64,000 nucleotides of DNA from a virus. Its lineage: Duplodnaviria; Caudoviricetes. Where the stretch lies: IMG/VR virus record IMGVR_UViG_3300029305_003192; one strand, written 5' to 3'. The notes beneath the pieces were generated by a model. It had not been told where the DNA came from and did not search any database. It saw only the letters and a program-made list of their open reading frames with translations. Of this stretch, positions 8,484 through 17,625 are shown piece after piece. A program made the translations under genes and the position numbers. Position 1 is the first letter of the stretch; every line of letters begins with the position of its first letter.

Positions 8484-9650
8484 ATGAAGAAGAAACTTGA
8501 CGAAGCTTTATCAGAAGCCGTCATACTACTACACCGTAACGGTGAGACATCCTTGGTTAGTCCAAGATTATTATCTGAGAAGGTACGAAAACCTATCAGA
8601 GAACGAGGTGCCGAATACGTACTGATTCAGACTGGTACCGGTGTACCATCATATGCATTTATTGAAACTGATAGTCTCCCTAAAAGGTTTACACCATTTA
8701 GAATCAGATATAAGATGAATGCGATTACTAACAATATCAGCGGAGCTACAGCTGCTGATATAGATTGTAAGACTATCGTTAATGAAGGTAATTGGGTTAA
8801 TATGGATTGTAAAGATTTTCCAACCTTCATAGGTCTACTTTATAGTATGCAACGAATATATTCATTATCGACATTAATGTCGTCTAAGTATGATAATGTG
8901 AATGATTATGAAATATCTAATCGCAAATTAGTCATCGGTGATATTGAAGTATTCATTAATGGGCAACATATCATATCACCTAAATTCTTTCAGAGAGACA
9001 TGGGGTCTATAATTGTCTTCCTTAGTGGGGCACTGGACTATACCTCCGAGCAGTTGCTGGAGTGGGTTAATCCTCCAAAGAAGTTATTCAGTATGCCCAA
9101 ACGCGTTATTATATACACACGTGAGAATAGATGGTCGTTTATATCGGTCAAGTGGTTTGAAGAAGCGATAGCATCAGATGATAGCGAATATATGGTATCC
9201 GCACTGAGCATGTTTAGGAACGATCTGATATTTATCCATATTACAGAATTAGCTGAATTCAACAGGTTCAATATATGCGGTGGAGAAACCAGACTGGCAG
9301 TATATATGAGTAATAATGACCATACATTTGAAGAAACATTGGACCATCCGCTCAATGTCATGGACGTAATGCAACATCCCGAAGTATTCTATATACAGCA
9401 TGCTGTAACCAGAACTCTGGTATCGTTGGATGATTTACTTACAGAGCTAAGTACTGCGAAGTATTTCATACTCATGGAGCGAATAGTTCTCGACCTTCTA
9501 GGGATTGATAAAGACTGCGAAATAGTGATGGATGTCTGTGCGATACCCAAGAAGGCTACACCGTTCATTATGTCATTTTATGGTCACGAAGCATTTGAAG
9601 AATATGGAGACCCTATATCAGAATTCACATTACTACTGGCTCAGAATTAA
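8484..9650 (+). CDS. Hypothetical protein, paralog of 7201..8469
   Basis: 388 aa; SD AAGGAGG; terminator at ~9663-9693. Confidence 0.85.
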   Translation: MKKKLDEALSEAVILLHRNGETSLVSPRLLSEKVRKPIRERGAEYVLIQTGTGVPSYAFIETDSLPKRFTPFRIRYKMNAITNNISGATAADIDCKTIVNEGNWVNMDCKDFPTFIGLLYSMQRIYSLSTLMSSKYDNVNDYEISNRKLVIGDIEVFINGQHIISPKFFQRDMGSIIVFLSGALDYTSEQLLEWVNPPKKLFSMPKRVIIYTRENRWSFISVKWFEEAIASDDSEYMVSALSMFRNDLIFIHITELAEFNRFNICGGETRLAVYMSNNDHTFEETLDHPLNVMDVMQHPEVFYIQHAVTRTLVSLDDLLTELSTAKYFILMERIVLDLLGIDKDCEIVMDVCAIPKKATPFIMSFYGHEAFEEYGDPISEFTLLLAQN

Positions 9651-9740
9651 TGAGTCAGTATCAGAAGTCCTTTAGTAAAGGACTTCTTTTTTTATATGGA
9701 CCCGAACACACCATTATATTAAACGAAAGGAGGGATAAAT

Positions 9741-10205
9741 ATGAAGATCCCTGATTTACCCCAGAGCCCTGTCATGGTGAGGATACTCATGGCTCAGCAC
9801 GCAACTGCATCAGAGGAATTACAAGCCTTCGTCAAGTTCTACGTTAAAAGCTTATTTTTCTGTGCACCGTGGCTACCATTATCATTAATCATCTTCCAGC
9901 AGTGGATACCTCTGGGTATATCATTAGCAGCGATAGCATACTGCTATCCGGCAATATTTAGAAGATTAAAGAGTATGGTCAACCTGTCTCAGGTTGGTCA
10001 GATTTCGTTTATAACATCAAACAACACTCGTCTTATAAATATGGAGGAAGTTCATAATACATCCCTCTTAATAAGTGAGATGAGGGGGTGTATCAAGGGC
10101 ACTAAAGCTGTCCTTGTAGTATTGAACGTATGTCTAGTTTCTTTAACCTTTTTAAATCTCGTGATAAACGTAATAAATTTAATTCTAGGAGGAGTATTAC
10201 TATGA
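9741..10205 (+). CDS. Membrane protein
   Basis: 154 aa, about 3 hydrophobic segments; SD GAAAGGAGG; AACA-N6-TA at 9705. Confidence 0.8.
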   Translation: MKIPDLPQSPVMVRILMAQHATASEELQAFVKFYVKSLFFCAPWLPLSLIIFQQWIPLGISLAAIAYCYPAIFRRLKSMVNLSQVGQISFITSNNTRLINMEEVHNTSLLISEMRGCIKGTKAVLVVLNVCLVSLTFLNLVINVINLILGGVLL

Positions 10206-10771
10206 ATATGGAATCTAACCCATCTTCACTCTATCGCAAGCTTACAGATGGCCGTGCACTGACTGAATTCCCAGAAGAGTACTTCGCACCAGTTGAATGG
10301 ATGTCAGGCAAGCCAGTAATCCGTACCTGTCGTCGTAAGAAGACGAACATTCTCGAATCATTCTACGAATGGACAATCTTCCTTACACGAAACTATGAAG
10401 TCGTACCGGACTATATGAACCGTCTTGCGATATTCTATCCAAACTTTTACATGATGAGATTCCGTTCTCGACAGAATAACCTGCTCGATATCGAAATCGA
10501 TTCAATCTATGACCTTACATCTACTGCATATACACCAATCTATATCGATTCGGAAACTATGCAGGAATCCAAGAAGAATGCAACTGCTATCCTCCCATCA
10601 CCAGACTACAGATGGGGTGGTACTAAGGTTGCTACAGTCCGTCAGGAAAATAATGAAATCGTCAGAAAGGTTGTACCTGTATCACTTACACTTGAATCGA
10701 GTAAGTCCTTCGGTATCATCTATGATGACATTAAGAACGGACGTATCCCACTTCCGGAGGTTATTGATTAG
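10202..10771 (+). CDS. Hypothetical protein
   Basis: ATG at 10202 follows AGGAGGAG and overlaps the previous stop (ATGA). Confidence 0.8.
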   Translation: MNMESNPSSLYRKLTDGRALTEFPEEYFAPVEWMSGKPVIRTCRRKKTNILESFYEWTIFLTRNYEVVPDYMNRLAIFYPNFYMMRFRSRQNNLLDIEIDSIYDLTSTAYTPIYIDSETMQESKKNATAILPSPDYRWGGTKVATVRQENNEIVRKVVPVSLTLESSKSFGIIYDDIKNGRIPLPEVID

Positions 10772-10929
10772 AAAAATCAAGTCCTCGGAACACTTCCGTA
10801 AACAGCCATAAGGTTAATGTATTCCATTTTAGATGGACCCCTTTTTGAACCCCCGTGAGTGATGAACTCACGGGGTATTTTCCGTCGTTGGACAATCATG
10901 TAATAAATATAACGATTGGAGATGATTAA

Positions 10930-11568
10930 ATGGCAGTAATGCCCCAGTTGGAATATAAAGGTTCGTTTGCTAAGTGCGTTGGTATAAAGGGTACCGATGC
11001 TTATGATATTGCGTTCAATAAACCTATGGAGTACTTCTATAGTGCAGATAACTACACCCATTTTATCAAGGGTTGTGAGAAGATGGTTAGAAGTCACGAA
11101 GATTACTCCAGGTTCAAAGACTATGTAATGAATGTAATCGGTATTGACTTCTGTCAGGTAACGCCAAACGTACGCTTAGGTGATGCTACAATTGAGATGC
11201 ACCATGCATTCTTCAACCTCTATGATCTTTGCGCAATTATTACTAACAAGAGATTGGAATGCGGTGAAAGAGTTAACACATTCACGGTGGCAAACGAAGT
11301 TCTTGATGAACACTTCGCCCTTCATATTCCGGTTGTAATGCTTGCTACGACAAACCACGAGATGGTAACCAATAGAGATATCTGGCTCAACGTTAAGAGT
11401 GGCTTCGGTTATATCTCTCAGTTTATCGAGAAGTATGCTCCATATATGACACCGGAACACAAGTACCGTATAATGACTACAATTAAGCTGTCTTATGAAA
11501 TCGATAGCTTTGATAATAATATCTTTGATGATACAGAAAAAATTAAACGAGTACTTGCGCATACCTAA
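10930..11568 (+). CDS. HNH-like (His-Me finger-like) protein, paralog of 23096..23908
   Basis: C..IEMHH..FNLYD ... EH ... L.TTNHE pattern; GACA-N6-TA promoter at 10891. Confidence 0.6.
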   Translation: MAVMPQLEYKGSFAKCVGIKGTDAYDIAFNKPMEYFYSADNYTHFIKGCEKMVRSHEDYSRFKDYVMNVIGIDFCQVTPNVRLGDATIEMHHAFFNLYDLCAIITNKRLECGERVNTFTVANEVLDEHFALHIPVVMLATTNHEMVTNRDIWLNVKSGFGYISQFIEKYAPYMTPEHKYRIMTTIKLSYEIDSFDNNIFDDTEKIKRVLAHT

Positions 11569-11616
11569 CTAATAATACCCAGTAACGGATAATCCGTTAC
11601 TGGGTATTGATTTAGG

Positions 11617-11678
11617 AAAAAAAATCACCGCCGCTAGGCTAACCAGAACCGCCAGGTACGTAACCCAGCGGCGGTGAT
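11617..11678 (-). terminator. Cassette terminator, copy 2, with invariant loop
   Basis: Stem 11624-11641/11661-11678 differs in sequence from copies 1 and 3 but still pairs; the loop 18-mer is identical. Confidence 0.75.
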
Positions 11679-11692
11679 ATTAAGTAACCGGC

Positions 11693-12235
11693 TTATTCGG
11701 TAGGAGCCGGTTTTGGAGGATTCTGCCTTGCCTTCTTTTCATCCTTTTTATCCTCCTTGAGGAGGTTTATGAGGGCCCTCTTAAGCCCCTCATCCTGAGA
11801 AGCCTTTTTGAGGAGCTCCTCAAGATCGCCGGTTGTTACCGGCTTAGTTCTGATTCTACGATCAAGTCTCAGGTGGTGTGCGGGTGGGAAGTCCACCGCA
11901 CACCTATAAAGCCCTCTGCCTGTGCAGAAAGCTTTATATGTCACCCCATCGGGGTGAATATCGGTCACCTCGGTGACCGTATAAAACCCGGGCTCTACTG
12001 AGCCCTTGATTGTCACACCGGTGTTGGTAATATCCAACACCGATGTTTGTGATGGCGATGCCGCGGCATCTCTTCTGGAAAGGCGCACGACCATGTGGGG
12101 GGTATCCCCCACCACAAGCTCTGCCCACTCGCCGTGGTAGAGCTTGTTGTCATCCATGAGCATCTTAACGATGCTTGAGGATGACGCCTCGTAATAATAG
12201 TTGTACAAAGGTCTGTTGTTATCGATCTTTCTCAT
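11693..12235 (-). CDS. Hypothetical protein, cargo of cassette 2
   Basis: 180 aa; SD GCAGAAAGGAG; visibly more GC-rich than flanking genes. Confidence 0.8.
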   Translation of the reverse strand: MRKIDNNRPLYNYYYEASSSSIVKMLMDDNKLYHGEWAELVVGDTPHMVVRLSRRDAAASPSQTSVLDITNTGVTIKGSVEPGFYTVTEVTDIHPDGVTYKAFCTGRGLYRCAVDFPPAHHLRLDRRIRTKPVTTGDLEELLKKASQDEGLKRALINLLKEDKKDEKKARQNPPKPAPTE

Positions 12236-12391
12236 AAGATCTCCTTTCTGCCTTTCGGCTACGGCGGTTTTGATCCTCGGAGACCACCAGTAACTCCTTT
12301 ATTAAGGTGATATGACGCGGTAGCTATGCTACATCATTCACCTCTTAATGCAATAATATGATATATACGCCATATGCCCGGAAATTACGGT
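12236..12391 (-). promoter_or_regulatory. Cassette promoter plus pseudoknot leader, copy 2
   Basis: ACCGTAATTTCCGGGCATATGGCGTATATATCATATT on the minus strand; leader pairings GGAG/CTCC and GGTGGT/ACCGCC, then GCC-GAAA-GGC. Confidence 0.75.
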
Positions 12392-12475
12392 CAAATAATA
12401 CCAACGTAAAAACTTAATAGTAATCCCTACTTGTCCAGGGATTACTATTTTAATAGCATAAAGGAGATGTTAGTT

Positions 12476-13243
12476 ATGAAGATAACGTATTTAAAGATTA
12501 GTGGCTGGGATGGTGCAATTCGTTCATTCTATATGTCACTTAACAACTACACACCTGACCTTGAGATGGAAATCAGACTCGGTCAGTTCTACGAGGAGCA
12601 AAATAATGCCATTGATGAGGCTAATGCCCTCGGTCTTACAGATTCTCCACTTTATGGAGCTAAGAAGATGGAGAATGACGTTACTGAATGGTGGGAAGAG
12701 CAGAAACGTAAGCTCATCAAGTTTGGTAACAAGCACATTACATTGCTGAAGTTCCTTGATATCACTATGACGGTACAGGGTCTGCACAGAGGTGCACAGG
12801 ATGACTTTGATGCACATGCCGCAAGATTCAATAGCCGTATTATCAGAACTTCCACAAGAACCAAGAATAATGAGCAGCTTATCGAGCTCTCAGATTTCTA
12901 TAAGGGAAAGATACTCCCATTCCAGGATTTGGATAAAGCTCTTGACCTCCCACGCTTTATTGAGTATGAAGGTACTATGTATCTTAAGACATCACTTGGT
13001 TATGTTAACAAGGCATATATCGGAGATAAGGATGTACGTAGGGGACTTATTCCACTTGCTATTTCATCCAACTTTACAGTCAAGGTACAGGCAATGGAAT
13101 ACTGCCATGTGGTACGTGAGCGTAATATGGATGGTAATGCTCATATCGAACTCAAGCAGCTTATTGAGCAGTCTATCCCAATGATTACTGCACAGGTACC
13201 AGAGTTCACAAGAGAATGGTTTATGAATAGCTGCTTACAGTAG
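12476..13243 (+). CDS. thyX: Divergent ThyX-like flavin-dependent thymidylate synthase family protein
   Basis: H..LLKF, DFDAH...STR, RGLIPLA..S, HVVRER...AHIEL follow the ThyX motif order, but canonical RHR is not intact. Start chosen from SD AAGGAG. Confidence 0.55.
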   Translation: MKITYLKISGWDGAIRSFYMSLNNYTPDLEMEIRLGQFYEEQNNAIDEANALGLTDSPLYGAKKMENDVTEWWEEQKRKLIKFGNKHITLLKFLDITMTVQGLHRGAQDDFDAHAARFNSRIIRTSTRTKNNEQLIELSDFYKGKILPFQDLDKALDLPRFIEYEGTMYLKTSLGYVNKAYIGDKDVRRGLIPLAISSNFTVKVQAMEYCHVVRERNMDGNAHIELKQLIEQSIPMITAQVPEFTREWFMNSCLQ

Positions 13244-13254
13244 GAGCTGATTAC

Positions 13255-13596
13255 ATGAAATCGAATTATAGAAGTAAAATCGTCCAGAAATCGGATGTTA
13301 AGAACGCAGTCCAGGAAGAGTGGAATAGTAAGCTCGACCAACTGTACGAAGACGTTACTAATGACGTCACTGCACAGTTTATGGCGACTGTATTCTGCTA
13401 TCTTAATATAAGATACCACTGGACTGGTAAAACCCTCAATAGTATTAAAGAGGGTATAGAGGACTTATTCACTCTAATGCAGAGAGACGGTATTGCAGGT
13501 AAGCCATTTAACACAGATAACTGTATTGAATATATGCGGTCTATAGGTGTTGAATTCGAAGACCGTCGTAATTCTAATGAGTCTGGAGATGCATAA
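13255..13596 (+). CDS. Hypothetical protein
   Basis: 113 aa; SD AGGAG; in operon. Confidence 0.8.
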   Translation: MKSNYRSKIVQKSDVKNAVQEEWNSKLDQLYEDVTNDVTAQFMATVFCYLNIRYHWTGKTLNSIKEGIEDLFTLMQRDGIAGKPFNTDNCIEYMRSIGVEFEDRRNSNESGDA

Positions 13597-13597
13597 T

Positions 13598-14014
13598 ATG
13601 TCATATAATAAATCATCGGAAGAAAGACTTATACAACTCGACTTGTCGGTGAACCTGGGCATGGACCTGGGTTCATCCAAAGTCACAGTACAGAATGTGA
13701 GGTTTAGTAAGATTATCGATAAACCTCACATGATTATATATTGCCGAAATATTCCGGATAACTTCTTGGAATCCTCACTATATGGTACACTGTGTATCAT
13801 ATACCAGCAGATTCTCGAGGCAGTATATGCAGAACCATCGGCGATTACTGATACGAATCTTATTAAGATTTGTGCGTTTACGTCTGCTGGTGTCCCAGTA
13901 TGCCCAACTATATCCACGATGAAGAGAAATGCTGAGAGTAAACGAGAGTATACATTTAAGCAGGTTGCATCATTCTCGGCTCTTATCGGATACGAATTCT
14001 GGAGGGATGACTGA
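13598..14014 (+). CDS. Hypothetical protein
   Basis: ATG at 13598 after GGAG, directly after the previous stop. Confidence 0.75.
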   Translation: MSYNKSSEERLIQLDLSVNLGMDLGSSKVTVQNVRFSKIIDKPHMIIYCRNIPDNFLESSLYGTLCIIYQQILEAVYAEPSAITDTNLIKICAFTSAGVPVCPTISTMKRNAESKREYTFKQVASFSALIGYEFWRDD

Positions 14015-14088
14015 TGAAAATCAGAATATGTATATTTCTTAGTTAGATTGGTCTTTGACCATTTTACCAAATGAATGGAGGTCTTACT

Positions 14089-14886
14089 ATGAATGATGAT
14101 GAAGAAGACGAAATCGATTACAGCGGCTTCATTCCAGGGGAATATGATGCCGAAGAATTATACCCTGCTCGAAATGCAACCGAGTTACAAGATACGATTC
14201 CGGAACTTGTAGTGGTTCCCGAGAGAGAACCAATATCGCTACGTAAAGAAGATTATAATCTTCAAGTCGATAATAATAATCAAAAATCGACACCCAATAT
14301 TGATGAGCTGGTGAAGGGTGACCCCCGCGAATTTCCGATGTTCATTCCTGATACCAGTAAGCTGAGAAACGATCAGTTGTACATGTTTCTGAATGTCATA
14401 TTAGATTATGTATCAGCCATCACTAAAGCACATATGGCCAAGCAATACATTTCTGTAGGTAACGAATTCTATATTGATCTCACAGATGCTGAGTTAGTAT
14501 ATGATGTATTGTGGAAAGTTTATCATGCTGATAAATTATTAAGTCAATTCATACATTTGTCGTCTAGCAAGGTGGACATCCTCGGGTTTGATGAGGCTCA
14601 TAACTTTCAAAAGTATCGATTACCGAGACTGGTTAAATTGTATCGTCACTGTATCAAAGCATACATGCTTAAGTATGGATATCATATTAAATTCCTTATA
14701 GATACGGAATATAATAGATGCACGATGGCAATCAGGGTTACTTATGATGATAGCTTTTCAGAAAAGTTATTCAGAATACTTCATGTCCGCGAATTTAAAC
14801 GTATTCAAGAGCTGATTAATAATGCGGATTACTATAAAAATATGCATGAGCCGAGACATACTGGTGGCGGTCTCACGATCGAATAA
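14089..14886 (+). CDS. Hypothetical protein
   Basis: ATG at 14089 after GGAGG; acidic N-terminus. Confidence 0.8.
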   Translation: MNDDEEDEIDYSGFIPGEYDAEELYPARNATELQDTIPELVVVPEREPISLRKEDYNLQVDNNNQKSTPNIDELVKGDPREFPMFIPDTSKLRNDQLYMFLNVILDYVSAITKAHMAKQYISVGNEFYIDLTDAELVYDVLWKVYHADKLLSQFIHLSSSKVDILGFDEAHNFQKYRLPRLVKLYRHCIKAYMLKYGYHIKFLIDTEYNRCTMAIRVTYDDSFSEKLFRILHVREFKRIQELINNADYYKNMHEPRHTGGGLTIE

Positions 14887-14901
14887 AAGGAGATGATATA
14901 A

Positions 14902-15288
14902 ATGATACTTACAACTATTTGCATTATCGTAATTATGGCTGTAGCTGCACTGATATTCGCCATTACAGCTACATATTTCATCAATAAAGTCTATGTACCA
15001 ATGAAATATAAGACAATGAACCTCACCACCGAGGAGATGTTCTCAGAGCTCGCACTTATCATTCAGAACGAAATCAATCTGTATGAGAAGAGTGTATTCG
15101 AGAACGGCGGTAAATTCCTCGATAATAGAGCGTTTGAGAACTATTATCGAGATATATGCAATAAAATAGGGGAAGATATTCCTCCAGAATTTTACGAGAG
15201 ATTCCAGTACTATATGAAACCTGATGCGGTTAATAAGTTCATTGCACGTACAGTACGGGCATATCTCGAACAGAAAATATCTGATTAA
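14902..15288 (+). CDS. Membrane-anchored hypothetical protein
   Basis: N-terminal TM segment; SD AAGGAG. Confidence 0.8.
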   Translation: MILTTICIIVIMAVAALIFAITATYFINKVYVPMKYKTMNLTTEEMFSELALIIQNEINLYEKSVFENGGKFLDNRAFENYYRDICNKIGEDIPPEFYERFQYYMKPDAVNKFIARTVRAYLEQKISD

Positions 15289-15303
15289 AGGAGGTACTGC
15301 ATC

Positions 15304-15819
15304 ATGGTTATGGGTGGCAAAGATATTGATGGTAAACCAAATCAGAAGACACTTAATGACTACGATAAGAAACTCAAAACTATGACTATACAGACACCAA
15401 TGTGCACTAACATCGTTGATGGTGACATCATTGAGCGTTATATGGCGGTGCCGTATGATTTAGGTTATGAATACCCCGAGATACCTGATGATCAGAAAGA
15501 TTATAGGGTTACTGCACAGGCTCTCCAGACTTACACTAATCAGATTGGTCATGTTACCGATGAATATATTGATAGTCAGGTAGCTTACCTGGAGAGCAAA
15601 CATGAGAAGCGTCTCGATACTCACGATGCAAAGATTGATAGACTGAAAGATATGACATACGATAACCGCATAATGTTTATACTCGGCATAGCGATATCAT
15701 TCATATTAAGTCTCGCTATCATGGCAGTAATACTCGAATACGAAATCAAACCAGAAATAGTCGAGCAGGTTCGTATGGAAATACTCGCAGAGGAGGCACA
15801 TAATGAAGAGGTACGATGA
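15304..15819 (+). CDS. Single-pass membrane protein, paralog of 16326..16757
   Basis: Coiled coil then TM; SD AAGGAGG. Confidence 0.8.
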   Translation: MVMGGKDIDGKPNQKTLNDYDKKLKTMTIQTPMCTNIVDGDIIERYMAVPYDLGYEYPEIPDDQKDYRVTAQALQTYTNQIGHVTDEYIDSQVAYLESKHEKRLDTHDAKIDRLKDMTYDNRIMFILGIAISFILSLAIMAVILEYEIKPEIVEQVRMEILAEEAHNEEVR

Positions 15820-15922
15820 AAATGATGAGGGTGTAGGTGTTCTCATGTTCATGATCGGTGCACTATCAGCACTGATAGTAGTTGGTATAATTTTTATCAT
15901 AGTACACTGCGTAGGAGGTTAA
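15803..15922 (+). CDS. Small membrane protein (39 aa, not in ORF track)
   Basis: SD GAGGAGG; MKRYDENDEGVGVLMFMIGALSALIVVGIIFIIVHCVGG; resembles the next ORF (DEDDGV + TM). Confidence 0.7.
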   Translation: MKRYDENDEGVGVLMFMIGALSALIVVGIIFIIVHCVGG

Positions 15923-15926
15923 TAGT

Positions 15927-16115
15927 ATGGCTGATAAATCTGAATCATCAGTAACCAAAACTGAAATATCGAAGCCAAAATCTGAGAAGATGGAGTACTA
16001 CGGTATTGACGAAGATGATGGAGTATTTGTAGTCATAATGATGTTTGGAATTTTCGTCGCGGTGGTAGCTCTTGGTATATTATACCTGATAGTTAGGAAG
16101 GAGATGGGAATATGA
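15927..16115 (+). CDS. Small membrane protein
   Basis: 62 aa; SD AGGAGG; one TM. Confidence 0.75.
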   Translation: MADKSESSVTKTEISKPKSEKMEYYGIDEDDGVFVVIMMFGIFVAVVALGILYLIVRKEMGI

Positions 16116-16333
16116 TGGAAGGACCAATGATGCCGGATAATGGACCGGCAATGAGTAATACTGAGAAGATACTATTGCTTATACATGAGATAAATGATAA
16201 GGATGAGGAGATCCTCTCACTGAAACGAGAAATTGTCAAGCGAGAATTGTGGATTTTTATACTATCAATCATGCTTGGAATTTCATCAATGACGATAATA
16301 TGCTCACTCATATTATCAGCCGGAGGTGCATGA
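16112..16333 (+). CDS. Small membrane protein
   Basis: 73 aa; SD AAGGAG; one TM; coupled start/stop. Confidence 0.75.
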   Translation: MMEGPMMPDNGPAMSNTEKILLLIHEINDKDEEILSLKREIVKRELWIFILSIMLGISSMTIICSLILSAGGA

Positions 16334-16757
16334 TATGCCAGATATACATGATAGAGACGATGATAATGTTGGACCCGTGATGACCCATTCCGATGATGAA
16401 ATGATCAAAGTTGTAACGTTACAAAATCTCAAATCATTCAAGGAGAAGTACGATGTGCAAACAGACACTAAAATCAATACGGCAATTGATAAGCATGATT
16501 CGCACATCAAGAATCTCTTCATACTATTGGGTATATTATATATCATCATGAATGTCGCATTTGGTCATATGCTGGACTTACAGGACCAGCAGATACTGGA
16601 GCTTGAGAACCAGATAAAGTTATTGAGACAGGAGGTTCATTATGCGACCACGCTCACGGCGACAGAAGAAGCAAGCATTGATAAACAAGCTACTCAAGAA
16701 ACACAAAGCATATCTGAAAGCGAAAGCGATGCAGGAAATGATTCCGTCGATAATTGA
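16326..16757 (+). CDS. Single-pass membrane protein
   Basis: 143 aa; SD GGAGG; TM then coiled coil. Confidence 0.75.
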   Translation: MHDMPDIHDRDDDNVGPVMTHSDDEMIKVVTLQNLKSFKEKYDVQTDTKINTAIDKHDSHIKNLFILLGILYIIMNVAFGHMLDLQDQQILELENQIKLLRQEVHYATTLTATEEASIDKQATQETQSISESESDAGNDSVDN

Positions 16758-16765
16758 CAAAAAAT

Positions 16766-16801
16766 AAAGAGAGGTATGGCAATATTGCCATACCTCTCTT
16801 T
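16766..16801. terminator. Perfect 36-bp palindrome, bidirectional terminator
   Basis: AAAGAGAGGTATGGCAATATTGCCATACCTCTCTTT between convergent operons. Confidence 0.75.
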
Positions 16802-16835
16802 TGAGTGTTAGTATTCTACTTTGTTGGTGAATGTA

Positions 16836-17126
16836 TCAGATTTCTTTCTTCTCTACGAGTTCTCCATCAGGATTCTTGCTGAAGTCGACTGATTCACCGT
16901 TACCATCGAAGTCGTTTGCAGCTTCGGCAATATCGTCAGAATCTGCAATTGGTTCATTACAACAGCAGCAACAATCGCCGTCTTCACATTCACAATCGCA
17001 ACCACAATAGTCGCAATCGTCAAAGTCGTGATAGTTCTCTGCCTCATAATCGTCAACCAACTTCTTAGCAATGATACCTGCTGCAACTCCTGCTCCCACG
17101 AGGAGAGCTCCTTTTAAAATACCCAT
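16836..17126 (-). CDS. Membrane-anchored Cys/Asp-rich small protein
   Basis: N-terminal hydrophobic helix followed by CDYCGCDCEC..CCCCC; SD AAGGAGG. Confidence 0.75.
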   Translation of the reverse strand: MGILKGALLVGAGVAAGIIAKKLVDDYEAENYHDFDDCDYCGCDCECEDGDCCCCCNEPIADSDDIAEAANDFDGNGESVDFSKNPDGELVEKKEI

Positions 17127-17184
17127 AATTTTATCCTCCTTTTAATTTAAGTAATTTATATACAGCCCATGGGTTGGCTGAATA

Positions 17185-17613
17185 TCATGTGTTAATTTCG
17201 CATAGACGGTAGTAATCTTTAGCGAGGTCTATGAAGTGTACCGCTACGAACAGTCTGTCGGCATCTTCATCGTCGTCGAATAGCTTAAGAGCCTCATCCA
17301 ATTCCGATGGAGAGATTTCGTAATCCCATACATCTCCTGTCGATAAGCCTTTACTGCTAAGCACCTCTTCATATGTGTCATAACTGTTATCCGTCTCGGG
17401 TACTATGCAATCATATACTACCCAGCATAAATCAGAACCCGTGATGGCATGGTCGATTAACCATGCACAAAGGGTCTCCTTATATACATTAATTGATTCG
17501 GGATCATTACAATCCCGTATATCGGATTTGAATGCCTTAATCTTATCATCCGTCTCGTTTAGAATTTCTTCAATCCTATGCATACGGGCCATGGTTCTTT
17601 TAACTCCCTCCAT
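17185..17613 (-). CDS. Hypothetical protein
   Basis: 142 aa; SD AAGGAGG. Confidence 0.8.
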   Translation of the reverse strand: MEGVKRTMARMHRIEEILNETDDKIKAFKSDIRDCNDPESINVYKETLCAWLIDHAITGSDLCWVVYDCIVPETDNSYDTYEEVLSSKGLSTGDVWDYEISPSELDEALKLFDDDEDADRLFVAVHFIDLAKDYYRLCEINT

Positions 17614-17625
17614 TGGAGCACCTCC

